A DNA stretch of 64,000 bases, from assembly GCA_964016885.1 (NCBI GenBank), contig OZ024741.1, positions 267,902,001-267,966,000 on the forward strand, given 5' to 3'. The notes beneath the pieces are model-generated. The model saw only the letters and a program-made list of their open reading frames with translations, did no database searches and was not told where the DNA came from. This stretch comes from Eledone cirrhosa (Eukaryota). Both the position numbers and the translations under genes were made by a program. Below are positions 1-14,666 of this stretch, one piece after another (the first letter of the stretch is position 1; each line of letters opens with the position of its first letter).

Positions 1-120
1 ATATCTGTTATTTTTTGTAGCATAACTAGAATTTCAGAGAAACTTTAGGCTTCATAAACTAAACTTGAGTTAATTTTAGAATCACTTCTTACCCAGTAAA
101 CTTATTACTATTATTACTAT

Positions 121-153
<33 letters not shown>

Positions 154-882
154 ATAATACCTAGAACACCAACAAAATGATATTAATATAATAGATTAAA
201 TAGCAAAGGGTAAATTTAGCTGAACTAAATAGATATAAAAAAAAAGTTAAGAGGGTACCGGAAAGTTATATGATTTTCTCTAAGACTTAAAAATAAAGTA
301 GAGGCTACTAATGAGGGGAGGTTAAGCAGGATGCTTGAATATGTTGTTCCTAAACATCTTTCACTTCATCTTATCGTCGAACAAACGAAGAACCTTCTGT
401 TGATCACTCAAACTAAATTGAGGTTTCAACAGGAAATATACTCTTGTTTTGACCACTTTGCTTTTGAACATTCACACTCACACAAACTCCCACTTATATC
501 TAAAATATGTGCATCTACATACATGCCTTCATTATATACATTATTGTTCTTATAGAATTTAAAGTGTTCTCTGACTTTTATAATTACAAATACATTTTAT
601 ACAAGTTTACAAGGATCTTTTATTTTTCTGTTATGGTTTTAAATCAAATAGAGAAGACAACATCTTTGACCTTTGCAGAACCTCCAAGAATAGTGGTCAG
701 AAAAGAAGAAAGAAAACATGGCTCATGACTTGCTTACTAACCGTACTGAAATAGTTCCATTGTAGCTTTTTCTTTTTCAGAAATCAAACATATAGAAAGG
801 ATTAAAGAATCAAACGGGGTTCAGAATTAACAATAAGAACTGCATGAATTAATATCCTATTTTATTTTTTATTTATCCTACA

Positions 883-1545
883 CTAGCAGTAAAGCCCGGC
901 GTTGCTCGGGGTCGCTCAGTAGCTGTGTTAAAGTTACAATGTTAAGTTTCTTTTTTGGCTTAAAGTCTGTCTGCACGACTGTCTGTCTGCACGCCTAACG
1001 AAATTTACAGATACATATATTTTAAATAAACTTATATAATTTTTGCTTTTTTTTACGAAATATTTGCTTGTTTTACGTAGTCTTTAAATAGACTTGTTTT
1101 CAAGTAAAAATATTGTTTTAAAAGGCTTTTAAATGGAAATGAAGCAAAACGGAAGCTTAGTGTTCGAACTGATGAATTTTGCAGGTCAAAATTTTGCTGG
1201 CTCGACAACTGTTCGTGTATTGTGTTAATGTCATTTTAAACGCTGAGAAAGCCAGCGTAATTTTTTTAATTTTTGCACGCAGAAAATGTAAACAACGTAA
1301 GACGCTCAATGTAAACAGAACAAAGGGAAATAACTCGTCACTTACGCTCAAAAATCGATACATTAGATTCGATTTCGTCACATAGGGTGGGTCAATTTGA
1401 AATATTTTTTTTCCGATGTCTTCGCTAGGGCTCAATGTACAAGTATAGCAATTTCGGTGCAATTCCGTCAGAGATTCTAAGAGGAGATGTGTGCCAAAAA
1501 TCGATAGACAGACAGACAACCACAGCTTTATATATATAGATAAGA
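883..1545 (-). mobile_element. Non-autonomous Helitron-like element
   Basis: The minus strand starts TC (..tcttatctatatatataaagctgtggttgtctgtctgtc, with a GTCT microsatellite). It ends with a GC hairpin (cccgagcaacgccggg) shortly before a terminal CTAG followed by T. The same ~30-bp 3' end recurs at 10418-10449. Confidence 0.65.
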
Positions 1546-3361
1546 TTATTATCATACAACTACATAGAGAAAAACTAACATGTTCTGCCTAATAATAATT
1601 ACAAGGAAGTAAAGTTAAAGTGATGCATGTTTATATGGGATGTAAAGATGTGTGTTAAACCATATTATAAATACCTTGATAGAGCATAATTCTTTGAATT
1701 AATGACATGTAAATCTTAGTGTCTGAAAGAATATGTTTAACACAAGGAAAACATTGGCAGGGTAAAAGGTTGCAAAGTACAATAATGTCCAATATAGGAC
1801 TGGGAGAAAGAATTGTATCTCTTCTTCAAAAATTGAGTCTCAACTCTCCTTTTATAACTTATTCCAATACATATTGGAATAAGCTATAAAAATTAGTGAA
1901 GCCACAGATAAAAAGAAAAAGGGCTCAGCTGTAAATGTTTGAATACGTCAAGTGTGAAAGATGTATAAAAACAACATAATAGACATTGTAATATCTTTGA
2001 ATATTTAAGGTGAAAGATCGACCTCTATAAAGCTCTATAGCTTGAAAATGACTTTTGTTATGTGTAGTATAAGTATCGCATTCATCAGAATATAATATAC
2101 ACGCTAATTTTGAGAAAGAAGGTTAAGTAAAAGAAATATTTAATAAAATAAAAGGCTTGTGAGCCCAGCAATCATATAGATATCTCAATGTACATATTTA
2201 TAGCACTAAAAAGGCAAATAAAACCAAAGAAATATCACATCTTAATTTATTATAAAATAGTTCCATTGTAGCTTTTTCTTTTTCAGAAATCAAATAATTT
2301 TCTCTTTTACAAAAAAGGTAGCATGGGCATATAACATGCAGGTAGGCCCAGGACAGGATTTAATGGGGTGCAAAGAGGGCAATTGCCTCAGGCCCCTTGC
2401 AGTGGGGGCCCTTCCTGCGATAGCTGTAACAATTTATCTGTGCCCTCAGCTAGGCTTTTTAGTTTTAGGATGGTTAGAATTTTTTAATTTAATACCAGTA
2501 TGAGTATGTGTAACTTTTCGATTCCAATTACTTGTGCCAATCTAATTTTGATATGTAAAATTTGGAGATTTGCTGTGTATGAAGAGTCTCCCAAACCTGA
2601 AGTGCCCCCCCCCCCCTTAATTACCAAATATAAACTTATTGTTCATGTGAAAGAGGTTGAAAGAGCAACTGGAACAGTGTTGTTAATATAATTTTAAATA
2701 ACATTCTATTATTAATATTGGGGTTAGTGAAATAAATGCAGTAAAGCAATTCCTAAGAATCAGAGAATCTATCACTACCTCCATTAGGTGGTTTATAAAT
2801 GATAAAAACTGCACATCTGCCTGTTGTAACAGCCAATATTAGAAATACACTAAGAGATAATTAAAATTGTCAAAATTGTGAAACAGTGAAAAAAACATAA
2901 ATGTAATAAAATAACACATTATAGTGTAGTTTTCTTTATAACATACTAACACCTGACTCAGTAGATAAAGCTGCTAGGAAATTGAGAACATGTGTATCTC
3001 TGAAATATCACCACTCCTTATCATTATCATTTATAATGATAGGTGATATACAGTAAGCATACATGATTGATTTAGTTGACATTTAAGCAATTATCACTAA
3101 AGTCTCTGTCTGACTGTAAGACAGATGATTTTTTTTTTTTCTAAACAAGAGTAGGATTGTAACATTTTAACAAAATTTCTTTCTTTTGCAAATGTTTTAA
3201 TTAGCAGGATTAAAGTAATTCATTGTAGCTTACTTGGTAGTTCCATAGCTACTTTATGTTTGAGTAGTTAGCAATAGGAAGACATTTAACTTAAGAATAG
3301 ATGTAGAATTGTTACATTAGGATAAGTGATGACTCATGTAAACATTTACATTTATATACAC

Positions 3362-3510
3362 TAGGAAGGGCATCCAACTGTAGAAACCAAGCCAGAATCA
3401 GTTTTGTATAAGCAAGACATGATCACCTGACCTGGCATTGCTCACAACAGGATAATTCATGTAACCCATGCCAGCGTGGACAAATCGATGTTAAACGGAG
3501 AAGATGAGGA
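3362..3510 (+). mobile_element. Old degenerate RTE-type 3' end (LINE remnant or RTE-tailed SINE)
   Basis: Contains aggaagggcatccaactgtagaaacc and aacccatgccagcgtgga...gatgttaaac followed by a decayed GAT-like tail. This matches the RTE 3' UTR motifs elsewhere in the window. Confidence 0.6.
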
Positions 3511-3652
3511 TAAAACCATACAACCTGAGCACTGTACAGAATGATTTTCATTATTTCATAAAACTGAGCAATAGATGTAGACATATTTCTCTCTCTGTCA
3601 TTTAATCCCTTAATATTTTATTTTTTTTCTTATGTGTGTATGTATATATATA

Positions 3653-4852
3653 ATAGCTGCAGTACCCGGGAAAGGTGAGGTTATTCGCAGTTCCCAGAGT
3701 GTGCCTGAAAATGCTAACAACCCTGGATGCCCATACTGGATTTTCAATAGCAACCTTTGCTAGGTGTGTTTATGGCAGATCAATTTTTTGTGTGGTACTA
3801 TCAATAGCTGTTTAAGTCATAAGTCCTTCATCCATCCAGCTTTCTTCATTCAGAGTGAATAAACCGGGGAAGTTTGAGCTCGAAGAGTATCAAACTTATT
3901 CAACAAACTTATGTATAAGAATAGCAAACTTACTGCCTTAGCGCTCAAGAGCAAACACAGAACAATTGAGGAAGTTATCACAATTATTGAAGAAATTATA
4001 GCCGAATGAACATATTCAGGTACTGTTCAAGCATCCTGTATATCACCATTTATAAAGCCCTTCGAATGACTGAAGCAATTCAATAAAACCATCCCGTTTT
4101 CCCCTTATAATAGACATAACCCGAGAAAACACACCATAATAAGTCGGATAAACAATAGAAGTGTTGACCCTAAAGAGGGCCTTGTAATGTTCACTGTTGC
4201 AAAGTGTCAATAATGGGAGAAGTTACATCTTAATTTGTGTTAATCTTCCCACGATCCGACACCTCGAAATATTGACAAAATAAACTCTACTCTCAAAGAC
4301 GGCATATTACAATTAACATGCCGGGAGTACAACTATTCGTCAACATACGATTTGGGTTTTATTCTTCAGATTAATCTCATGGTAAGCCAACTTCCAGGTC
4401 ATTGATCATCACACTTTTTTGTAACTTATCACCGATGCCTGCAGTTGACCTTAATGTGACCTACGCGTGTGCACGTGTTCAGAATCCATATCAATGGATG
4501 TTATATATATATACACATAGACATCTGATCAGTCGTCAAGCAAAATTAGGTTGTCGCCTGCTTTGTTTGAAATTTCATTATGTATATTTCTAATAAGTTG
4601 TTGCCTCATTTTGGAAGACTGAGTTGTTGGAGGAGGAAGGGGAGAAGTGGGAGGGAGGGTTTAACTGAAACGTCTTCTCTTTCCTCCATTGTAAAGATGT
4701 CCCCAAGGGTTCCATGATTAGCTTAACCAATATTAGCTATTCCAATATTAGCTTAACATGTGTGTAAAGTGTTATCAGGATCGGATCACTGGTGTAGGTG
4801 CCAATTGGTTATACACAGATACACAGACAGAAATTGCCATTTATATAGTAGA
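3653..4852 (-). mobile_element. Probable degenerate non-autonomous Helitron-like element
   Basis: The left end (atagctgcagtacccggg) resembles the Helitron 3' end at 883. The right end (cacagacagaaattgccatttatatagtaga|t) resembles its 5' end at 1510-1545. The terminal CTAG and hairpin are imperfect. Confidence 0.4.
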
Positions 4853-5112
4853 TATATATATATTATATATATACAGATATATATATATAAATATAACCTA
4901 TATATGGTGAACTAACTATATATATCTATATATAATAGCTATATATAATATCTATATGTATATATAATATCTCTGTTATATATATATATATATATATATC
5001 TATATATATATCTATATATATATGTATGTATATAATATCTATATATAATATCTATATATATATATGTTTATATATAATATCTATATATATATATATGTAT
5101 ATATATAATATC

Positions 5113-5211
<99 letters not shown>

Positions 5212-5285
5212 GTATATATATAATATCTATATATATATGTATATATATAATATCTATATATATATATATGTATATATATAATATC

Positions 5286-5316
<31 letters not shown>

Positions 5317-5933
5317 GTATATATATAATATCTCTATATATATGTATATATATAATATCTCTATATATATGTATATATATAATATCTCTATATATATATG
5401 TATATATATAATATCTATATATATATATGTATATATATAATATCTATATATATATATGTATATATATAATATCTCTATATATATGTATATATATAATATC
5501 TCTATATATATGTATATATATAATATCTATATATATATATGTATATATATAATATCTATATATATATATATGTATATATATAATATCTATATATATATAT
5601 GTATATAATACTCCGCCTTTCTCGACTCCATCCTCGCCCCCCTTGTCACCACCCTCCCCTCCCACATCTCCGACACCAACCACGCCCTGCGCCTTTTCGA
5701 CTCCTTCACCTTACCACCCGGCCCACAGCCCTTCCTCTTCACCCTAGACATCAAGTCCCTCTATACCGTCATCCCCCACGCCGACTGCCTACGCGCCCTC
5801 AAACACTACCTCGACCTTCGCCCCTCCCTCATTCCCTCCACCCCCACCCTCCTTCGCCTCGCCGAGCTGGTCCTCCCCCCTCAATTGTTTCTCCTTCTCG
5901 GGTGAGTTTTACCAACAGGTCACGGGGGTAGCC

Positions 5934-7104
5934 ATGGGCACAAGAATGGGCCTGAACTATGCCAACCTTTTTGTTGGCCATGTTGAGGCCCAAATCTTTG
6001 CCCAGTACACCGGCCCCACGCCCGAACTGTACGGTCGTTACATTGACGACTGTATCGGAGCCACGACCCTCACCCGAGAACAGCTCGACTCCTTTCTCTC
6101 CTTCTTCTGCTCCTTCCACCCCTCCCTCCATTTCACCACCTCTATCTCCACCACCCACGTCCACTTCTTAGACATCTCCGTCGCCTTCGACCCCTCCCAC
6201 CACTCCCTCGTCACCTCCGCCTTCTTCAAACCCTCCGACTCCCACTCTTACCTCAACTTCACCTCTTCCCACCCCACCCACACTAAACACTCTATTTCCT
6301 ACTCCCAACTCCTCAGGATCCGCCGCCTCTGTAGCCGAGATGCTGACTTCGAGTCCCAGGCCCTTTCCCTAGTCAGCCATTTCATCCGCAGAGGTTACCC
6401 CCCCTCTCTCGTCCACACCGCTCTCACCTGCGCCCGTGCTGTCCACCGCTCCACCACCCTCACCCCACGCCACCGCACACCCACCCACCATCTCCCCTTC
6501 CCCATCACCTACCACCCCTCCACCTTACCCCTCCACCGCACCATCCGCCGCCTCCAGTCCGACCCCTCCACCTCCCACATCTTCCCAACCCCACCACTCC
6601 CCTCCTTCAAACGCGCACGCAATCTCCGCACCCTCCTCGTCCACAGCTCCCTACCCCCCAACCCACGCTCTGTTTCCCCCCCCCCCCCGGTTCCTTTCCC
6701 TGTTCTAGGCCCCGCTGCAACACCTGTCCCCACATCACCAACACCACCACCTTCCAGGGTCCCAACGGCCACTCTCTCTCTGTCCGGCATGCCTTCCGCT
6801 GCACCTTCTCCAACCTAGTCTACGGACTTCGCTGTACGGAGTGCAGCGCGACTTATGTCGGACAGACGGGACGTCGCCTGGCGGACCGATTCACTGAGCA
6901 CCTCCGGGATATTCGTCTCGGTGGTAGTTCCCCCATCGCCCGCCACTTTGGTGGCCCTAGACATTCCGCACGCCATCTCACAGTCTGTGGCCTACTCCAA
7001 TGCCACGGAACACCCGCCAATCGCCTTAGAGTCGAACAAAGAACTATCTTCATCTTACAGACCCACACTCCCCCCGGCCTGAACTCCCCACCCTTATTCC
7101 TTTA
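5934..7104 (+). pseudogene. PLE reverse transcriptase / GIY-YIG endonuclease, disrupted
   Basis: ORF 5934-6818 holds the RT core and thumb (FFKPSDSHSYLNFTSSHP, SQLLRIRRLCS). The GIY-YIG domain is in another frame after the poly-C run near 6680. Confidence 0.88.
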
Positions 7105-8557
7105 GCCTTCGACCGCCCCCCTCCCCCCACACTTATCCCCCACTAACACCACTAACACACCCCTCCTTTTCACCGCCCACCCCACAACTAACAATACTAA
7201 CACCTCCACTCCACCCCTCATCCGACCACCCTTCCCCAACTAACATACTAACATCTCTCCATTCTTCTCCTCCTCCCCCCTCCTTATCACACGCACACAC
7301 CCACCGGCACATATATACACGCGCTCACACTAAACACACACCCTACTACCACCACTAACCCTCACACCTCCATCCCACCACCCCGCAACTAACCTCACTA
7401 ACACCCCCTGACCCCAAGCACACAAACAAATGCACCCACTTACACCACCCACCCCACACGCAACTAACATCACTAACACCCCCCAACCCCACGCACACGT
7501 ACCCACACACCCTCGTACACCACCAACTCTACACACCCTACCACCACTAACCCCCACTCACACCTGCATTCAACCCTTCCCCACCTCCCGTATACTAACA
7601 CCCACTAACACCGCCTTCATCAAACTACACACACACCAGTACACCACACTCCCTCCATAGAACTACACACACCCTTCTCTCCCCGCTCCACCCACACCCT
7701 CGCTCCACACTCACTCATCCCACTAATATCTCTACTAATACACACACACACCCTCCTCACTCCAACTTTCACACCTACCCATCCTCGCTCCTTTACCATT
7801 CCACCGACTGCTGCTATGGCCTCTGACCACCTCCCAGCACAAACAGACACACAGCACTCCCACTGCTTGACCACTTCCTGTTGCGTGCGCACCCCACATC
7901 TCTCCTCTTCCGACCATCTCTACATAGAATACTCGTATGTGGAACTTGACCACCACGGAATCCACTAAACATCATAGGATTTTACCAACTTTTCAACCAT
8001 CCTCTTAGGGAATCACCTATATAACTCACCCACACAACACACCCAAAAAAAATTTTTTTCTCCACACGCCACCTACACCCACAATACGCTTAAACCCCAC
8101 ACACACATGCTTTCCACCACATATTTACACCCTCAGCCTCCTGATTCCTCTCGCCCCACCCCTCTATCCACACACGCACAGACACTCCGGCCTACAACCC
8201 CCCCCACACACACACCTCTTCCTGAACATGCAACCCAGTTCTTCCCTCAACCCTTACTTTCACATATATACACACACACACACACACACACCACCTTCAG
8301 CCCTCCCCGCTCGGACGCCCCGTCTCCCTCTCCCCACTCCACCTGCCACCACCACTACACACCCCACACCCTTCCACCACCTGTTTTACCCACTTTTTAA
8401 TTTCAGTTTATTTTTATCATGCTTTTATATTTAATTTTATTTCATTCCTTGTATTTTGATCATGCTTTATTTTTATTTTTATTCTTAATTTCATTCACAC
8501 CGTTTCCTTTCGCTATATGTCTCTCCACCACTCTTTGAACTCTGTTCCCACACACTT

Positions 8558-8595
8558 CTCACCTGAGGAAGGGCTTATGCCCGAAACGTCGTTCC
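8558..8595 (+). ncRNA. Minimal hammerhead ribozyme of the PLE 3' end
   Basis: CTGAGGA (8563-8569), stem II GGGC-ttat-GCCC, then GAAAC-GTC with palindromic ACGT. Stem I pairing is weak. Confidence 0.7.
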
Positions 8596-8814
8596 CCACC
8601 ACCACCCCATTCTCCAGAGCGTGAAATTAATAAACATTCGTTGTACTGCCTCTCTGTTTTGTTCCTGTTCAAATTTTTCCATAATATATATATATATATA
8701 ATATCTATATATATATATGTATATATATTATATGTATATATATTATATATATAATATATATATATGTATATATATAATATCTATATATGTATATATATAT
8801 ATATATATAATATC

Positions 8815-8845
<31 letters not shown>

Positions 8846-8873
8846 GTATATATATAATATCTATATATATATG

Positions 8874-8903
<30 letters not shown>

Positions 8904-8904
<1 letters not shown>

Positions 8905-9640
8905 GGGCATTGTGTGCAGAGGATATACGCAGACTAGAGAGGAACGAAGCTTGCATGCTCCGCTGGATGTGTAACAGTAATATACGTGAACGGCAAAGCA
9001 TAAACGAACTAAGGAAAAAATTAGAGATAAGAGGGATCAGATGTTGTTTACTCGAGAGAAGGCTGCGTTGGTATGGACACGTGATGCGCATGAAAGTCGA
9101 TAGCTGTATTACAAAGTGCAGGGCAATAAAGATAGACGGTAGCCACGGAATAGGCAGACCTAGAAAAACATGGGATGAGCTGATAAACTCCGACCTCACA
9201 CACTTACACCTCTCCAAGACAATGTCACTGGACCGTGACCTTTGGCGGTACTCAGTAACAGAGAAGACCCGCCTTGCCAGTAGGCATCTCTAACAAACTA
9301 CACCCCGTCCCGCCACCACCCCCACCCCATCCACACCACCCCGTTCTATGTAAAGTTATGTTGGTGCCGCGCCATCCAGGCCGAAACAAATGAGATCGTG
9401 TAGGTGTCACGACAAAAAAACACACAGTCCACGCTGTAATGTGGCCGTGTAGGCAACACGGTAAAAACCTCCCAGACCCACACTGTAAATGTGGTTGGTG
9501 TTAGGAAGGGCATCCAACTGTAGAAAACCTGCCAGACAGTCCTATGCGAGCAAGACAATCACTCTTGCCTCAAGTGGGACTACCCCCGTCCAAACCCATG
9601 CAAGCGTGGAACACGGACGTTAAACGTTGATGATGATGAT
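8904..9640 (+). mobile_element. RTE LINE family A, 5'-truncated
   Basis: Nearly identical to the 3' end of 42398-45945 (RRLRWYGHVMRM, GRPRKTW). Ends in a (GAT)n tail. Confidence 0.95.
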
Positions 9641-9697
9641 AATATCTATATATGTATATATATATATATATATGTATATATATAATATCTATATATG

Positions 9698-9731
<34 letters not shown>

Positions 9732-9744
9732 ATATCTATATATG

Positions 9745-9778
<34 letters not shown>

Positions 9779-10035
9779 ATATCTATATATGTATATATAT
9801 ATATATGTATATATATAATATCTATATATATATATGTATATATATAATATCTATATATATATATGTATATATATAATATCTATATATATATATATGTATA
9901 TATATAATATCTATATATATATATATGTATATATATAATATCTATATATATATATATATGTATATATATAATATCTATATATATATATATGTATATATAT
10001 AATATCTATATATATATATGTATATATATAATATC

Positions 10036-10067
<32 letters not shown>

Positions 10068-10417
10068 TATACGTTTGTATAATTGTAGCTATGGTGCTTC
10101 CATAGGCGGTATGCCAAAATTAGCACTCAATATTCATACAGAGCAGAGTGTGGATAGTATAAAAAAACGAAAAATCAGTGACGCATCTGGACTCAGTTTA
10201 TTGCGTGTTACAATTGTTTCGTCGGCAGGTAGCTCAAGACATGATCACTGTATGGATCTGGCTGATTCTATGGCTGCAGTTTCCTTCGGACACGGGTAGT
10301 TCGTTCGGAGCAAATTTTATCACTGGGATGTTATCGTCGAAGAACACCTTCAAAAAACATCTTATATAAATACATATATATATGTATATATACATATATA
10401 TATATTTATATAATATA

Positions 10418-10781
10418 CTAGCATTAAAGCCCGGCGTTGCTCGGGGTCAGTAAATTACCAAAGTTAGGTTGCACCACCCATTTTATGGCAGCACTTTTTT
10501 GTCTGCCAGACACTGGGTGAATGAATTGCAGACCTGGACTGCCGAAGCAGGAGCTGCGCCAGCAGTGACAATTGTAGTTTCGCCTATGGATATTATCTCT
10601 GTGCAAAGAAGTGTTGAAATTTATTGTTTCACAGTACTTGCGCAACACGCGCATAGACGATGCCAGCCGAACAACAGAGCTGCGATGGAGTTGGTCTGCA
10701 TGGTTGTCTAATGTGTGTTTTCTAAATTTAAGACAGTAGGGAGTGGTGTGATATGGTGGAGAGTTTGCTGCTGTTTCTAGA
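10418..10781 (-). mobile_element. Helitron-like 3' end with a different internal sequence
   Basis: ctagcattaaagcccggcgttgctcggggtc matches 883-912, then the sequence diverges completely. Confidence 0.5.
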
Positions 10782-10896
10782 TAATATCTATATATATATA
10801 TATATGTATTTATACAATATCTATATATGTATATGTATTTATATAATATCTACATATGTATATGTATATATATAATGTCTAAATATATATATAATT

Positions 10897-12162
10897 CTAG
10901 AGAAGAAATTCCAAACATGGAAGCATGGCCTAGAATCAAAAGGCCTTAAAGTTAACTTGTCTAAGACTAAAGTTCTAGTTGTAGGAAGGAAAATAGGGCA
11001 CCAGTCCCATCTGGGAAATGGCCATGTTCAGTGTGTAGGAAAGGAGTAGGCAGAAACTCCATTTTATGTCCCAAATGCAAAGTATGCGTGCATAAAAGAT
11101 GTAGTGGGATCACAGGTAAGCTAACTAGGAATATAGATTTTATATGTGGCCGGTGCTCTGGTACAATAAGTAGCAGCAAGTGCCCACAGAATACTAGCTC
11201 ATTCCATTGCACAGATGGTTCTATAGAAATAGTGGACAGCTTCCGTTACCTGGGTGACAAAATCAGCAGTGGGGGAGGGTGCTGTGAAAGTACAGCAGCT
11301 AGAGTCAGAACGGGATGGAAAAAGTTCAGAGAGCTTATACCACTATTGGCCACTAAAGCGTTCTCTCTAAAAATGAAAGGCAGGCTGTATGATGCCTGCA
11401 TACGAACAACAATGTTACATGGCAGTGAGACTTGGGCATTGTGTGCAGAGGATATACGCAGACTGGAGAGGAACGGAGCTTGCATGCTCCGCTGGATGTG
11501 TAATAGTAATATACGTGAGCGGCAAAGCATAAACGAACTAAGGGAGAAATTAGGAATAAGAGGGATCAGATGTTGTTTACTCGAGAGAAGACTACGTTGG
11601 TACGGTCACATGATGCGCATGAAAGACGACAACTGTATAAAAAAGTGCAGGGCGATAAAAAGAGACGGTAGCCACGGAGTAGGCAGACCCAGAAAAACCT
11701 GGGACGACTTGATAAAAACCGACCTCACACACTTACACCTCTCCAAGACAATGTCACTGGACCGAGATCTTTGGCGTTACACAGTTATACAGAAGACCCG
11801 CCTTGCCTAAGTACAAAGCGAAACCTACAGTCAGTATACAAAATACACCCCCACCCCATCCACACCACCCCCTAAAATGTGAATTATGTTGGTACCACAA
11901 CATCCAGTCCGAAACAAATGAGGTCGTGTAGGTGTCACAACAAAAAAACACACAGTCCACGCTGTAATGTGGCCGTGTAGGTAACACGGTAAAAACCTCC
12001 CAGTCCACACTGTAAACATGGTTGGTGTTAGGAAGGGCATCCAGCTGTAGAAAACCCGCCAGACAGTCCTGAGCAAGACAACCAATCTTGCCTCAAGTGG
12101 ACAATTCCCGTCCAGACCCATACTAGCGTGGAAAATGGACGTTAAACAATGATGATGATGAT
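10897..12162 (+). mobile_element. RTE LINE family A variant, 5'-truncated
   Basis: ORF 11031-11810 is the RT C-terminal region with the Cys-rich finger. RTE 3' UTR and (GAT)n tail follow. Confidence 0.95.
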
Positions 12163-12495
12163 AGGAAAATGTTTAACCCCGACGGCAGAGCTCAAGCCGT
12201 TTAGACAGCTATTTCTGGACTACATTAGAATATTTAGCATGGTAATATATAGCCAAACTTTTCACGGGATAATTCCTTATATGGGAAGATTGTAGTTGTG
12301 AAAAGGAGTGGTCAAAATTTCTTGTAAACACAAAGAAATTTTGACCACTCCTTTTCACAACTACAATCTTCCCTTATAAGGAATTATCCCGTGAAAAGTT
12401 TGGCTATTTATTTACCACGCTAAAAATTCTAATTTAGTCTAGAAATAGCCGTCTAAACGGCTTGAGCTCTGCCGTCGGGGTTAAACATTTTCCTA
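12161..12495. repeat. Imperfect ~335-bp palindrome of the small fold-back family
   Basis: taggaaaatgtttaaccccgacggcagagctcaagccgtttagac... is mirrored by ...gtctaaacggcttgagctctgccgtcggggttaaacattttccta. The centre is near 12328. Confidence 0.9.
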
Positions 12496-12518
12496 AATAT
12501 ATATATACATATACATAT

Positions 12519-12636
12519 GGCCTTCAGAATCGCTTGATCTCTGCCGTCGAGGTTAAACATTTTCCTACTACCCTAGGTATTGAGTACGCTATTGCGTTAT
12601 GGTCCATCTGGTTACTTACCTCACTTCCTTCATTAT
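12519..12636 (+). mobile_element. Small fold-back family, terminal fragment
   Basis: gtattgagtacgctattgcgttatggtccatctggttacttacc is homologous to 38357-38416 and to the reverse complements at 21588 and 53264. Confidence 0.75.
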
Positions 12637-12708
12637 ATAAATATATATATATATGTGTGTATTTATATAATATCTATCTCTCTCTCCCTCTCTCTTTCCC
12701 TCTGTCTT

Positions 12709-12743
<35 letters not shown>

Positions 12744-12763
12744 ATATATATATAATATATATT

Positions 12764-12815
<52 letters not shown>

Positions 12816-12849
12816 TTTATATAATATATATTTATATATATATAATATA

Positions 12850-12904
<55 letters not shown>

Positions 12905-13309
12905 TTTATATAATATATATTTATATATATATAATATATATTTATATAATATATATATATATATATATCTCACTTTTTTTCTGTGATATATATATATAAT
13001 ATATGTATATATATATGTATATATATATGTGTATATATATATGTATATATATGTGTATATATATATGTATATATATATGTATATATATATGTGTAATTAT
13101 ATATATATGTATATGTGTAATTATATGTATATGTGTATATATATGTATATATGTATATGTGTATATATAGTATATATGTATATATATATTTATATATATA
13201 TATATCTATGTATATATATATATATATAATATATATATATATAATATATATATATATAATATCTATGTATATATATATAATATCTATGTATATATATATA
13301 ATATCTATG

Positions 13310-13369
<60 letters not shown>

Positions 13370-14091
13370 ATATCTATGTATATATATATAATATCTATTT
13401 ATATATAAATATATATATAATAGATATTATATATATATATATAATATTTATATATGTATGTATATATATATATTATATATATATATATTAATATATATAT
13501 ATATAATATTTATATATGTATGTGTATATATATATATATATTAATATATATATATATATAATATTTATATATGTATGTATATATATATATTATATATATA
13601 TATATATTAAAATATATATGTATATATATTTTAATATATATATATATATAATATTTATGTATATATATATATAATATTTATATATATATATATATATATA
13701 TTAAAATATATATGTATATATATGTCATCATCATATATATATAATATTTATATATATATATATATATATAATATTTATATATATATATATATATTTTATA
13801 TATATATATATTAAAATATATATGTATGTATATATATAATATTTATATATATATATATATTTTATATATATATATATTAAAATATATATGTATATATATA
13901 TATAATATTTATATATATTAAAATATATATGTATATATATATATAATATTTATATATATTAAAATATATATGTATATATATATATAATATTTATATATAT
14001 ATATTTTATATATATATATATTAAAATATATATGTATATATATATATATGTCTATATATATATATAATATTTATGTATGTGTATATATATA

Positions 14092-14143
<52 letters not shown>

Positions 14144-14154
14144 GTATATATATA

Positions 14155-14162
14155 TGCCAATA

Positions 14163-14196
<34 letters not shown>

Positions 14197-14243
14197 CATA
14201 TACGATTTCAGATAAAGAATCTTGCTAAACAAATTCAGAAACG

Positions 14244-14246
<3 letters not shown>
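14155..14246. repeat. Short dispersed repeat, copy of 25980-26070
   Basis: catatacgatttcagataaagaatcttgctaaacaaattcagaaacgaaa occurs at both sites with one mismatch. Confidence 0.8.
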
Positions 14247-14278
<32 letters not shown>

Positions 14279-14562
14279 TATATATATATATATATATGAA
14301 TATATATATATATATATGAATATATATATATGAATATATATATATATATATGAATATATATATATATATATATATATGAATATATATATATATATATATG
14401 AATATATATATATATATATATATGAATATATATATATGAATATATGAATATATATATATGAATATATATATATATATATATGAATATATATATATATATA
14501 TATGAATATATATATATGAATATATATATATGAATATATATATATATAAGCATATATATATA

Positions 14563-14596
<34 letters not shown>

Positions 14597-14606
14597 TATA
14601 TATATA

Positions 14607-14666
<60 letters not shown>

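Larger units (their letters stand above)
5610..8681 (+). mobile_element. Penelope-like retroelement (probably Neptune-type), 5'-truncated and frameshifted
   Basis: RT motifs FLFTLDIKSLYTVIP (~5730-5780), FYQQVTGVAMGT and YGRYIDD. Then a Cys linker (RPRCNTC) and a GIY-YIG domain NLVYGLRCTECSATYVGQTGRRLADRFTEH (~6810-6900), stop near 7104. A long C-rich 3' region ends with a hammerhead and AATAAA. Flanked by (TA)n. Confidence 0.92.

Noticed and set aside
300-740. Possible host exons (short ORFs, splice-like sites)
   Set aside because: No recognisable protein similarity or consistent exon structure.
2347-2412. GC-rich patch resembling a DNA-transposon terminus (caggacaggatttaa...ggccc)
   Set aside because: No matching second terminus or target duplication was found.
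10071-10370. Unique ~300-bp island within TA
   Set aside because: No termini, motif or in-window homology that I could identify, so it is left unassigned.
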